Shown one piece after another: positions 35,797-45,526 of a stretch of DNA of 64,000 nucleotides (positions within the stretch are counted from its first letter, which is position 1; each line of letters starts with the position of its first letter). The position numbers and the translations under genes are program-made. Source of the DNA: an uncultured Chloroflexia bacterium (lineage in GTDB: Bacteria; Chloroflexota; Limnocylindria; Limnocylindrales; CSP1-4); contig CAVTKZ010000004.1 of the NCBI GenBank assembly GCA_963735455.1, forward strand, positions 435,238 to 499,237. Direction: 5' to 3'. The notes under the pieces were generated by a model. That model was not told where the DNA came from. It made no database searches and saw only the letters and a list, made by a program, of their open reading frames with translations.

Positions 35797-36543
35797 ATGA
35801 TGCCCCGCCCACGGGAATCGCGTCAGGGCAACCCGGTACCCGAGGAGGACGTCGCCGCGATGTTCGACTCGATCGCGCCGGTTTACGACCGGGTCAACAC
35901 CCTGATGACCGCCGGGGGCGACGGACGCTGGCGCAAGGCCGCGGCCGACGCAGCCGGACTGGGAACGGGCAGTGCCGTCGTCGACGTTGCCTGTGGGACG
36001 GGCAAGCTGAGCGCGACGCTGGCCGGCCGGGTCGGGCCATTCGGGCGGGTCGTGGGCGTCGACCTGGCCCCGGCCATGGTCGCGGCGGCCGAGGCCGCCT
36101 ACGGCGACCTGGTCCAGCTCAGCTTCCAGGTTGGCAACGCCCTTGACCTGCCGTTCGCGGATGCCGAATTCGATGCGGCTACGATCGCCTTCGGTCTGCG
36201 CAACCTGGCCGACTTCGAGGCCGGCTTTCGGGAGCTGGCCCGGGTGGTCAAGCCCGGCGGCCGGGTCGTCTGCCTCGAGCTGAGCGTCCCGCCGCAGCGC
36301 GGCTGGGGCCGGCTGTTCCGGTCGTCGTTCGGGCGCCTGGCGCCGCTCGTCGCGGGCGCCTTCGGCCAGGCCCAGGCCTATCGCTACCTGCCCAGCTCGC
36401 TTGACGGATTCCCGGACGCCCCGACCCTGGCCGAGACGATGCGCTCGGCCGGCCTGGTCGAGGTCGGCTTCCGGCGGCTGGCGCTAGGCGCCGTCGCTGT
36501 CCATGTCGGACGTGCTCCCGGCACCCTGGCCCCAGCCGGCTGA
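35797..36543 (+). CDS. ubiE: Demethylmenaquinone/ubiquinone C-methyltransferase (UbiE/MenG family)
   Basis: Motifs MFDSIAPVYDRVN, VDVACGTG, FGLRN. Confidence 0.9.
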   Translation: MMPRPRESRQGNPVPEEDVAAMFDSIAPVYDRVNTLMTAGGDGRWRKAAADAAGLGTGSAVVDVACGTGKLSATLAGRVGPFGRVVGVDLAPAMVAAAEAAYGDLVQLSFQVGNALDLPFADAEFDAATIAFGLRNLADFEAGFRELARVVKPGGRVVCLELSVPPQRGWGRLFRSSFGRLAPLVAGAFGQAQAYRYLPSSLDGFPDAPTLAETMRSAGLVEVGFRRLALGAVAVHVGRAPGTLAPAG

Positions 36544-36840
36544 GCCAGCCGGCGGTAGCTCGCCCGGCGCTGCCGGCAGAGGTGGTCCAGGGATCGGCTC
36601 ATCGACCACCGCGCCCGTCAGCCATTCCCGGTTGAGGCGCAGGATCTCGTGGATCAGGCCCGGATCGACGGCGCCGTCCGTCGGCTCCAGGGTCCGGGCG
36701 ATCCAGCTGGACTCTCGACCGAGCTCGCGTTCGGCCTGCTCGTCGGCCGAGCGCGAGAAGTCGACCATCACCAGGAATACGAGCAGCGCTCCGATGACCA
36801 GCCCGACGAGGAGCAGCCACCACTGGAATTCGTCGTTCAT
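36484..36840 (-). CDS. Single-pass membrane protein, hypothetical; 3' end overlaps the ubiE tail
   Basis: ATG 36840 lies 8 nt downstream of a TATACT box (leaderless geometry). TM WWLLLVGLVIGALLVFLVMV. Confidence 0.55.
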   Translation of the reverse strand: MNDEFQWWLLLVGLVIGALLVFLVMVDFSRSADEQAERELGRESSWIARTLEPTDGAVDPGLIHEILRLNREWLTGAVVDEPIPGPPLPAAPGELPPAGSAGWGQGAGSTSDMDSDGA

Positions 36841-36890
36841 CGGCGGCAAGTATAGGGAGGCCTGCCGGCGAGAGCCCGGGGCTCCGGCGG

Positions 36891-36920
36891 AGCCGGCCGG
36901 AGCCGGCCGGAGCCGGCCGG
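36891..36920. repeat. Perfect 10-bp tandem repeat AGCCGGCCGG x3 in the divergent promoter region upstream of lgt
   Basis: Read directly; followed by a partial unit CCGG. Confidence 0.85.
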
Positions 36921-36938
36921 CCGGTACACTCCGTGGGA

Positions 36939-37880
36939 ATGATCGACTTCACGCCCCCCTCGATCGCCTTCCAGATCGGCCCGATCCCCGTCTACTTCTA
37001 CGGGATCTGCTACGCGTTGGGCCTGATGCTGACCTACCTGGTGGTCCTGCACGGGGTCCGGGCCCGGGGCTTGAACGAGGCCTGGTTCGCCAACGGGATG
37101 GTGATCGTGGCGGTCGCCGCCCTGATCGGCGGTCGGACCTACCACGTGATCGACCAGTGGCAGCTCTACAAGGACGACCTGCTCAAGATCGTCGAGCCGC
37201 CGTATGCCGGCCTCGGCGTCTACGGCGGGATCTTCGCCGGGGCGGTCGCCGTCATCGCCTACGCCCGCTATCACCGCCAGTCGTTCTGGGCCTGGGCCGA
37301 CGTGATCGCGCCCGGGCTGTTCGCCATGGAGTTCGTCGCTCGCTGGGGCAACTTCTTCAACCAGGAGCTCTACGGGCCGCCGACGTCGGCGCCATGGGGG
37401 ATCGCGATCGACTGCGCCCACCGGGTGGCCGGCTACCTCTGCCCGCCCGACGGGACGACCCCGGCCAACGCCCACTTCCAGCCGCTCTTCCTGTTCGAAT
37501 CGATCTCCGGCCTGCTGGGCATGCTCACCCTGCTGTGGCTGTCACGCCGCTTCGCCGACCGCTTGCGAACCGGCGAGATTGGCCTGATCTTCCTGATCTG
37601 GTACCCGGCGGTCCGCTTCATGCTCGAGTTCCTGCGCGTCGACAACTGGACCTTCTTCGGCATCCCGACGGCCCAGTTGATCTCGGTGATCGTGATCGTG
37701 GTGGCGCTGGCGGTGCTCGTCTGGCGCCACGGCCGGGTCCCGCCAGGCCTGTCGCGGCCCGTTGAGCCGGAACCCGGGGAGATCCAGACGACGATCCGGA
37801 CCAGACTGCGGCCCTCGAACCCGGAGCAGCGGGCAGCTGACCGGGACGCCCGAGCCGGCGCGCCGGCGGCCGGCCGCCCG
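36939..37880 (+). CDS. lgt: Prolipoprotein diacylglyceryl transferase Lgt; 3' boundary unresolved (no in-frame stop until 38639)
   Basis: Lgt core: GPIPVYFYGICYALG, GGRTYHV, ARWGNFFNQELYG, FLFESI. The rest of ORF 36933..38639 is off-frame relative to the acyltransferase. Confidence 0.8.
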
Positions 37881-38712
37881 GACCTCGCCCGAAGCGCTGG
37901 CCCTCCGTCGGGGTGGCGTCCAGGAGGGCCTCGACTGGCTTGGCCGGACCCCCGAGACGAAGGCCAGCCTGCTGGTCCGGGGCCTGGCCGTCGTCTTCCG
38001 CTTCGTCGTCTTCGGCGTCCTCCGCCTGCGCCACGAACGGCTCGGAGCGGAGAACGTGCCGGCGGCCGGCGGCTACATCGTGGTCGGCGCGGTCCACCGG
38101 GGCTGGATGGACCCGTTCCTGGTCATGAACGCACTGCCCCTCGAGCCGCGGGTCTGGTTCCTGGGCAGCGGCCCGTCGGCGTTCAGCGCCCGCTGGCGCG
38201 AGTGGCTCCTGCACCGAGTCGGGGGAATGCTGCCGGTCTGGCGCGGCGGCGTGGGCGTCGAACAGCACGTCGCCTCGGCCCGGGCGGTGATCGGCGCGGG
38301 TGGCGTCTTTGTCCTGATTCCGGAAGGCGGCGTGGCCGGGCCGCCCGATCGGCTCGCCCCATTCCGGTTCGGATCGGCCCTGATCGCCCTGCGGATCGGG
38401 GCGCCGATCCTGCCGGTCGCGATCGCCGGCAGTGCCGAGCTGTACATCGGCCGGCGCCTCGCGACCCGCGTCCTGGCCCGGACCTCCGCGACGGAGCTCC
38501 TCGGCCCGGACTGGCCGGCGGGCGGCCGGCTGCCCGAGCCCGGCAGCCGGGCGGAGCTCGAGCTGGCTCATCGGCTGACCGACCGCTTCGCCGACCTGCT
38601 CGGCCCGGCGGTCGCCGAGCTCTATCCGCGGACCGTTGACCCACCCGGCCGGCGGCGCCGCCTGCGCCGCCTGACCTGGCTCTTCCTCGCCCGCCCCCGG
38701 GGCGCCCGCTGA
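37762..38712 (+). CDS. PlsC/AGPAT-family acyltransferase; true start unclear (only TTG 37762 is available)
   Basis: HxxxxD motif VHRGWMDP, plus FVLIPEGG and PILPVAIAG. The first roughly 40 codons look off-frame-like. Confidence 0.8.
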   Translation: MSRNPGRSRRRSGPDCGPRTRSSGQLTGTPEPARRRPAARTSPEALALRRGGVQEGLDWLGRTPETKASLLVRGLAVVFRFVVFGVLRLRHERLGAENVPAAGGYIVVGAVHRGWMDPFLVMNALPLEPRVWFLGSGPSAFSARWREWLLHRVGGMLPVWRGGVGVEQHVASARAVIGAGGVFVLIPEGGVAGPPDRLAPFRFGSALIALRIGAPILPVAIAGSAELYIGRRLATRVLARTSATELLGPDWPAGGRLPEPGSRAELELAHRLTDRFADLLGPAVAELYPRTVDPPGRRRRLRRLTWLFLARPRGAR

Positions 38713-38738
38713 GCGGGCGACCGGCTATCCTCGCCGGG

Positions 38739-40169
38739 ATGGACTACGCCCACTCGATCCTCGACCTGGTCGGCAACACGCCGCTTGTTGAGCTGACCCG
38801 GGTCACCCGCGAGCTGGGCCCCGCGGGCCGGCGACCGCTGATCCTGGCCAAGCTCGAGGCGCTGAACCCCGGTGGCTCGGTCAAGGACCGGATCGGGCTG
38901 CCGATGATCGAGGCCGCCGAGCGGGCCGGCCTCCTCAAGCCCGGCGGCACGATCATCGAGCCGACCAGCGGCAACACCGGCCACGGGCTGGCGATCGCGG
39001 CTGCGCTCAAGGGCTATCGCTGCATCTTCGTGATGGCCGACAAGCAATCGGCCGAGAAGCAGGCGCTGCTCCGGGCGTACGGCGCCGAGGTGGTCCTCTG
39101 CCCGACGAATGTCGCGCCCGAGTCGCCCGAGAGCTACTACTCGGTCTCGGCCCGCCTGGCCCGCGACATTCCCGGAGCGTTCAAGCCCGACCAGTACTGG
39201 AACGCCGAGAATCCGGCCGCCCACGAGCGGACCACGGGCCCCGAGATCTGGCGCCAGACCGACGGCCGGCTGACCCACTTCGTGGCAAGCGTCGGCACCG
39301 GCGGCACGATCAGCGGTTGCGCCCACTACCTCAAGGCCCAGGACAGCTCGATCCAGGTCATCGGGGTCGACCCCGAAGGCAGCATCCTGTCCGGCGACAC
39401 GGCCCGGCCGTACCTGACCGAGGGAATCGGCGAGGACTTCATGCCCGGGACGTTTGACCCCGCGGTGATCGATCGCTGGGTTCGCGTCTCCGACCGGGAG
39501 GCGTTCGCCGCCGCCCGACGGCTGACCCGCGAGGAGGGGATCCTGTCGGGTGGCTCGTGCGGCACGGCCCTGGTCGCGGCCCTCCAGGTCGGTCGCGAGC
39601 TGGCCGCGACCGAGGGCGGTCACGAGGCCGTCGTCGTGGTCCTCCTGCCCGACGGTGGCCGGAACTACCTGTCCAAGCTCTACAACGACGAGTGGATGCG
39701 GGTCAACGGGCTGCTGGCCACGAGCGGCGGTTCGGCCCACATCGGCGCCCTGCTGACCGACCGTCATCACGACGCCGAGCGGCCGGGCCTGGTCCTGGCC
39801 CGGACGACCGAGCGGGTGGGCGCGGCGATCGACCAGCTGCAGGCCTACGGCATCAGCCAGATGCCGGTCTCGGAGGCCGCTGCCGATGAGCCGGGCGGCA
39901 TCCGGATCGAATCGATCGTCGGCTCGATCTCGGAGCGCGGCCTGCTCGATCGCGCCTTCCGCGACCCGTCGGTCGTCGAGCGGACGGTGGGCGAGCTGAT
40001 GGACCCGCCCCTGCCCACGATCGACGTCGGCGCCTCGCTGGACGATGCGTTCCGGCTCCTGTCCGGCACGACCTCGGCGCTCGTCGCGGTCGAGGCCGGC
40101 CAGCCGGCCGGGATCGTCACCAAGCTTGACCTGCTCGAGTACGTCGCCCACCGCCCGGTCCCGGTGTGA
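38739..40169 (+). CDS. Cystathionine beta-synthase (PLP domain plus tandem CBS domains)
   Basis: Motifs NPGGSVKDR, TSGNTG, GTGGTISG; C-terminal CBS pair. Confidence 0.92.
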   Translation: MDYAHSILDLVGNTPLVELTRVTRELGPAGRRPLILAKLEALNPGGSVKDRIGLPMIEAAERAGLLKPGGTIIEPTSGNTGHGLAIAAALKGYRCIFVMADKQSAEKQALLRAYGAEVVLCPTNVAPESPESYYSVSARLARDIPGAFKPDQYWNAENPAAHERTTGPEIWRQTDGRLTHFVASVGTGGTISGCAHYLKAQDSSIQVIGVDPEGSILSGDTARPYLTEGIGEDFMPGTFDPAVIDRWVRVSDREAFAAARRLTREEGILSGGSCGTALVAALQVGRELAATEGGHEAVVVVLLPDGGRNYLSKLYNDEWMRVNGLLATSGGSAHIGALLTDRHHDAERPGLVLARTTERVGAAIDQLQAYGISQMPVSEAAADEPGGIRIESIVGSISERGLLDRAFRDPSVVERTVGELMDPPLPTIDVGASLDDAFRLLSGTTSALVAVEAGQPAGIVTKLDLLEYVAHRPVPV

Positions 40170-41434
40170 GCCCGATGGCGGACGACCCAGGAGACCCGTC
40201 GGGGCCGCGTCCCTTCGCCGAGCGCTACGCCGCCGATGAAGGCTGGACCTTCGAGACGCTCTCGGTCCACGCCGGCCAGGAGCCGGACGAGCTGACCGGC
40301 GCGATCGCCCCGCCGATCTACCAGACCAGCACCTATGCCCAGGATGGCATCGGCCGGCCGCGGGACGGCTGGGAATATGCCCGGACCGGCAACCCGACCC
40401 GCCGCCGCCTCGAGCGCGCGGTCGCCGCGCTGGAGGGCGGCGAGCAGGGGATTGCCTTCGCATCGGGCGCCGCCGCAACGGCGATGATCGCCGAGCTGGC
40501 CCTGCCCGGCGACGAGGTGGTGATCGGTGACGACGTCTACGGCGGGACGTACCGGCTCTTCGAACGGGTCCTGCGGCCGCGGGGCGTGATCGCCCGCTAC
40601 GTCGACCTGGCCAGCGATCCGGCCAACGTCCGCTCCGTGCTCTCGCCACGGACCCGGCTGGTCTGGTTCGAGACCCCGACCAATCCCTTGCTCAAGCTGG
40701 TCGATATCGCCGGCGTCGCCGATGCGCTCGCGGTCCATCACGGCGCCGACGGCGAGCGGCCGCTGGTCGTGGTCGATAACACGTTCGCCTCGCCGGCGGT
40801 CCAGCGACCACTTGACCATGGCGCGGACGTCGTCTTCCACTCGGCCACGAAATACCTCGGCGGCCACTCCGACACGGTCAACGGGATCGTCGTCACCAGC
40901 CGAAGCGCGGTCGCCGAGCGGCTGCGCTTCGTGCAGAACGCGATCGGCGCGGTGCCCGGCCCCTTTGACTGCTTCCTGGTCCTGCGCGGCCTGCGCACGC
41001 TCGCCCTGCGCGCTGAGCGACATGCCTCGAACGCGGCCGCGGTCGCCGATTTCCTGGCCGGACGCGAGGATGTCGAAGCGGTCCGCTATCCCGGCCTTCG
41101 GACGGGGCCCTATGCCCATCCCCAGGCGGCGCTGGCCGCCCGCCAGATGCGCAGCGCGGGTGGGATGGTCTCGTTCGTGCCGGCCGCCGGCGGGGCGCAC
41201 GGCCGAAGCGCCCGGGAGCGGGCCGTGGCGATCTGCGAGTCGACCCGCCTGTTCACCCTCGCCGAATCGCTGGGCGGGGTGGAGTCGCTGATCGAGCTGC
41301 CGGCGGTAATGACCCACGCCTCGGTCGCCGGGTCGCCGCTCGAGGTCGACCCGGCATTGATCCGGCTGTCGTGCGGAATCGAGGCCGAGGCCGATCTCGT
41401 GGCCGACCTGAAGGCCGCCCTCGACCGAGCCTGA
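40166..41434 (+). CDS. Cystathionine gamma-lyase/gamma-synthase family PLP enzyme
   Basis: GTGA overlap with the CBS gene. Motifs YARTGNPT, DNTFASP, SATKYLGGHSD. Confidence 0.9.
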   Translation: MSPMADDPGDPSGPRPFAERYAADEGWTFETLSVHAGQEPDELTGAIAPPIYQTSTYAQDGIGRPRDGWEYARTGNPTRRRLERAVAALEGGEQGIAFASGAAATAMIAELALPGDEVVIGDDVYGGTYRLFERVLRPRGVIARYVDLASDPANVRSVLSPRTRLVWFETPTNPLLKLVDIAGVADALAVHHGADGERPLVVVDNTFASPAVQRPLDHGADVVFHSATKYLGGHSDTVNGIVVTSRSAVAERLRFVQNAIGAVPGPFDCFLVLRGLRTLALRAERHASNAAAVADFLAGREDVEAVRYPGLRTGPYAHPQAALAARQMRSAGGMVSFVPAAGGAHGRSARERAVAICESTRLFTLAESLGGVESLIELPAVMTHASVAGSPLEVDPALIRLSCGIEAEADLVADLKAALDRA

Positions 41435-41442
41435 GCCCAGGC

Positions 41443-42063
41443 CTAGGACGGCGAGGGGACGGTGATCGGGTCCTGGCTGGGGTCGGGCGTGATCGTGGTC
41501 GATGAGGTCGCGTTGCCGGCTGTCGTCGCATACGTGGCCTTCAACGAGCCGTCGCTGGGCAGGACCAGGTCGACGGCCACCGAGTTGCCCCCGGCGAGGC
41601 CCAGGACCGCGGCCGGATAGCTGGCCGTCAGCTCGAGCATGTCGCCGGTCTGGGCCACGACGGTCGCCTGGCCGGGCGCCTTGAGCGCATCGAGCGGATT
41701 GCCGCTCGGGACATTGCCGTTCACCTCCACCCAGCCGGCGCCCGACTGGAGGACCCATGAGCGGGGCGCCAGGGTCCGGTAGGTGATCGCCACGCCGTTG
41801 GTGGTGACCGTGAACTCGCTGCCGCCGGCGATCCAGCGGCCCTTGGCTTCGGTGGCGACCTGGCCGCCGATGCTGACCGTCGTGTCGAACGAGTAGCCCT
41901 TGGCCAGCTGGCCGAGAACGGCCGTCAGGTGGGCCGCCCCATCAGCCGAGACTCCGCCGGATGGCGGGCTGCCGGAGCCTGCCGGCGAGCTGGGATTGGT
42001 CGAGCTGCCGCAGGCGGCCAGGCCGGTCGCCAGGGCCAGGAGGCCGGCGCCGAAGAGGGCCAC
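41443..42063 (-). CDS. Lipoprotein, hypothetical
   Basis: Lipobox GLAACGS; beta-rich mature part. Confidence 0.7.
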   Translation of the reverse strand: MALFGAGLLALATGLAACGSSTNPSSPAGSGSPPSGGVSADGAAHLTAVLGQLAKGYSFDTTVSIGGQVATEAKGRWIAGGSEFTVTTNGVAITYRTLAPRSWVLQSGAGWVEVNGNVPSGNPLDALKAPGQATVVAQTGDMLELTASYPAAVLGLAGGNSVAVDLVLPSDGSLKATYATTAGNATSSTTITPDPSQDPITVPSPS

Positions 42064-42140
42064 GCCACGTTCGCGACGACGCCCTCTACCGGCGGGGGGA
42101 TGCCGCCGCTGCGTCGTCCGCAGCGGCGTGGTCGACTGGC

Positions 42141-43200
42141 TCAGTGCGTGGGCTTGCTGTGGGTCTTGACCGGCGGGCCCCAGTGCAAGTGGTTCCAGAG
42201 GTGACCCAGGCTGAAGCCGTGGCCCTTGCCGCCGCAGTCACCCGAGCGGCCCAGGACGTACAGGCTGTACGTCCCGTCCTTCTGGGCGATCAGGTTGACG
42301 AAGACGCCCGTCCGGCCCTTGTCGAACCAGGCCAGGAAGCCGTGTCCGAACGTCTTCTCGGTGGCCGTGCCGCCCGTGGACCCGTCATAGACGACGGTGC
42401 CGTCGGAGGCGACGTGGTAGTTGACCTTGACCGGGGTCCCGGCGCAGGTGTTGGCCGACCAGGTCCGGGCGCCGCCGGCGACGAGGCTGGCCAGGCTGCC
42501 GTTCAGCTTCTGGGCATCCCGACCGCTGAGGGTGATCGACAGGCCGGCGCCGCCGTCCTTGGCCACGTTGACCGAGATCGTCAGGGTCTTGCTGAAGCCC
42601 TGCCAGGTGAACTTGCCGCTCGCCGTGGCGTGGCTGCCCTTGTCCTTGTCAGCGGACTTGGTGCTGCCCGGCTTGAGCAGGTGAACGGGGGCCGGAGCCG
42701 GGGTCCAGACGACGCCGGCCGGGGTGGTCACGGTCCCGATCGCGACGGTCGGGTTGCCGCTGCTGTCCTTTCCGACGGTGTAGTCGGCTGTCGACTTGGT
42801 GCCGGTCGCGAAGACGTCCGACGACCAGCTGCCGGTCCCCAGCAGGTCGGCGAGGCCGCTTGGCCCGGGCCTTGATCGCCAGCTGGCCGCCCTTGGCCTT
42901 GACGGTGACCTTGACGCTGCCGTCCGTGTTGGTGAACTTGACGAAGTCGTCGCCCGACTTGGTCTTCGAGAGGGCCGTGCTCGGATCGAGCGCGACGCCC
43001 GAGATGGTTCCACCCGCGTCGAGGGTGACGGCCACCGTCAACGGGGTGCCGAGCAGGGGCAGGGTGGCGGTCATCCCGCCCGTTTCGGCAATCGGCGCGT
43101 TCGTCGTGGCGGCAACCCCGGCGGGTGCGACGGCCAGCAGGAATGCGGCCACGGCGAGGCCGCTCAGACGCAAGGGGGTGCGGATCGCGTGGTTGGTCAT
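42141..43200 (-). pseudogene. Secreted hypothetical protein with a His-rich C-terminus; frame break near 42860
   Basis: ATG 43200 (GAGGAG upstream) plus a signal peptide in ORF 42649..43311, good up to KGGQLAIKARAK. It continues in ORF 42141..43013 (GLADLLGTGSWSSDVF...). Confidence 0.7.
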
Positions 43201-43414
43201 TGGCTCGGTCTCCTCGTTGCTCACGAGCCCCGGCGACTGGCACTGCGTCGTCACGCGCTTGGGCTCGCTGTACGTTTGAGCACGCTCCTTTGAGCACGCT
43301 GATGGGCTCACCGTACCCCGGATCGGCGTTCCGTGCCCAAAACGGTGGTCCCGGATTCGCGTGGCCCCTTGGTCCCGGGGGGTGGTGCACGGCAGCCGCT
43401 ACGCTGTCGCCGAT

Positions 43415-44332
43415 ATGGCCTCCTTCCTCGTCCGCCGGCTGCTGGCCAACGCGATCGTGGTCGTGGGCGTGGCGTTCATCGTCTTTGCCCTCGTCTTCCT
43501 GGCCAGCGACCCGGCCCGGGCCCTCCTGCCCCTCGATGCACCACCGGCCGCCGTGGAGTCCCTGCGCCTGAACCTGGGCTTCAATCAGCCCATCCCGATC
43601 CAGTTCCTGGGCTTCCTCGGACGGGCGATCCAGGGCGACTTCGGGACGTCGACCCGGACGCTCGAGCCGGCCCTGGGGATGGTCCTGGCTCGCCTGCCGG
43701 CGACCCTCGCGCTGGGTGCGGCCGGGCTCCTGGTGTCGCTCCTGATCTCGGTCCCACTGGGCATCGCGGCCGCCGCGCGGCCGGGGACGTGGGTTGACCT
43801 GACGGCCCGGTCGGTGGCCATTGCCGGCCAGGCGGTGCCCGGTTTCGTGCTCGGCCAGGTGCTCATCCTGGTCTTTGCCGTGACCTGGCGGATCCTGCCC
43901 GTGTCGGGCTCAGGCGGGCTCAGCTACCTGGTCCTGCCGGCGATCGTGATCGGCCTCGGCTCAGCCGCGGGGCTGACCCGGATCCTGCGCTCGGGCCTGC
44001 TCGACGTCCTCGGCAGCGATTACATCCGGACCGCCCGGGCGAAGGGCCTCGGGCCGCGGCCGGTGATGCTCCGCCACGCCCTGCGCAATGCCGCGATCCC
44101 GTTCGTGACCTTCCTGGCCTTCGACCTCGCCGCGATCGTGTCGGGGGTGATCGTGGTCGAGGTGATCTTCAGCTACCCGGGGATGGGCCTGCTGGTCGTC
44201 CAGGCGGTCACCAACCGGGACCTGCCGGTGATCCAGGCCTTCACCTTCGTGGCCGCGCTGACGATCGTCACGGTCAACCTGGGGCTCGACGTGGTGTACG
44301 GCCTGCTCGACCCCCGGATCCGGCTGGGCTGA
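43415..44332 (+). CDS. ABC transporter permease (Opp/Dpp B-type)
   Basis: Starts MASFLVRRLL; EAA-type loop DYIRTARAKGL. Confidence 0.9.
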   Translation: MASFLVRRLLANAIVVVGVAFIVFALVFLASDPARALLPLDAPPAAVESLRLNLGFNQPIPIQFLGFLGRAIQGDFGTSTRTLEPALGMVLARLPATLALGAAGLLVSLLISVPLGIAAAARPGTWVDLTARSVAIAGQAVPGFVLGQVLILVFAVTWRILPVSGSGGLSYLVLPAIVIGLGSAAGLTRILRSGLLDVLGSDYIRTARAKGLGPRPVMLRHALRNAAIPFVTFLAFDLAAIVSGVIVVEVIFSYPGMGLLVVQAVTNRDLPVIQAFTFVAALTIVTVNLGLDVVYGLLDPRIRLG

Positions 44333-44333
44333 G

Positions 44334-45212
44334 ATGGACGAGGCCTGGTCGGACTCGCCGCCGCCCTGGTCCCCGGGCAGGCTCAGCACGCCGGTTGCGA
44401 TCGGCGGCGGCCTTGTCCTGGCCATCGTCGGGTTGGCCCTGCTGGCGCCCTGGATCAGCCCCCACGACCCGCTGGCCCAGGTCCTGACCGACCGGCTCAA
44501 GCCACCGGCCTGGCTGCCCGGCGGCTCGTCAACCTACCTGCTGGGCACCGACGCCAATGGGCGGGACCTCCTGTCCCGGATCCTGTGGGGCGCCCGGACC
44601 TCGCTCGAGATCGGCGTCCTGAGCGTCCTGCTGGGTGCCGCGATCGGGGTCAGCGCCGGCCTCCTGGCGGGCTACCGGGGCGGCTGGCTGGACACGCTGA
44701 TCGGCCGCCTTGCCGACATCCAGCAGGCGATCCCGCTGCTGATCCTGGCCCTGGCGGTGATCTCCGTCGTCGGATCGTCGATCCTGAACCTCGTCCTGGT
44801 CCTGGGCATCGGCTCGTGGCTCTTCTACTACCGGGTCGTGCGCGGCGAGGTGCTGGCCGTCCGCGAGCGGCCGTATGTCGACGCGGCCCGGGCGGTCGGC
44901 GCCGGCGACGGGCGGATCCTGCTCCGCCACATCCTGCCCAACGTGGCCGGCTCGATCGTGGTGATCGTGACCCTCGAGCTGCCCCAGGTGATCCTGTTCA
45001 CGGCCGGCCTGACCTTCCTGGGCCTGGGCGTGCCGCCGCCGACGCCCGAGTGGGGCCGGCTGATCTTCGAGGGCCGGGACTACCTCCAGAGCGCCTGGTG
45101 GCTGACCGTCGAGCCGGCCGTCTTCCTGGTCCTGTTCGTGCTCGGGGTGAACCTGCTCGGCGATGCCCTGCGCGATCGCCTCGACCCGGTCCGAAGGCAG
45201 CGTGGGCGCTAA
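44334..45212 (+). CDS. ABC transporter permease (Opp/Dpp C-type)
   Basis: Motifs LLGTDANGRDLLSR and YVDAARAVGA. Confidence 0.9.
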   Translation: MDEAWSDSPPPWSPGRLSTPVAIGGGLVLAIVGLALLAPWISPHDPLAQVLTDRLKPPAWLPGGSSTYLLGTDANGRDLLSRILWGARTSLEIGVLSVLLGAAIGVSAGLLAGYRGGWLDTLIGRLADIQQAIPLLILALAVISVVGSSILNLVLVLGIGSWLFYYRVVRGEVLAVRERPYVDAARAVGAGDGRILLRHILPNVAGSIVVIVTLELPQVILFTAGLTFLGLGVPPPTPEWGRLIFEGRDYLQSAWWLTVEPAVFLVLFVLGVNLLGDALRDRLDPVRRQRGR

Positions 45213-45295
45213 GGGCGTATCATTGTTGGTCCTGCCGCGGTCCAGCGTGACGGTCCGGGCATGCCCAGTCCCACACTGACCGATCGGAGCCCGCG

Positions 45296-45481
45296 TTGGC
45301 CCTCACACCTCCCGCCAAGCCCGGCATCACGCCTGAGTTCAAGCACGTGATCGACGAGTACAAGCACCGGGAGCAGACGGTCACTTGCGTCTGTGGCTGG
45401 CACGGCAGCTCGGTCGGCATCGACGGTCAGCCCTCGGCCTGGACCGCCCACCTGATCTCCGTCCGGGGCAAGAAGCGCTAG
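45296..45481 (+). CDS. 61-aa hypothetical protein
   Basis: TTG start 6 nt after GGAG. Strong GC3 bias in this frame. Confidence 0.5.
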   Translation: MALTPPAKPGITPEFKHVIDEYKHREQTVTCVCGWHGSSVGIDGQPSAWTAHLISVRGKKR

Positions 45482-45526
45482 TCCGCTTCGAACGGCTCCC
45501 GCCCGGGAGTCGCCAGCCGGGCTGGG

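Noticed and set aside
38121-38135. A third GTCATGAAC half-motif inside the acyltransferase gene.
   Set aside because: There is no CATGACAG partner 14 nt upstream and no -10 box, and it lies inside coding sequence. It is most likely chance.
36933-38639. Taking the full 568-aa ORF at face value as a giant Lgt.
   Set aside because: Beyond about 37880 this frame is the shifted shadow of the acyltransferase frame, which carries HxxxxD and other AGPAT motifs. Its translation there is R/P/G-rich.
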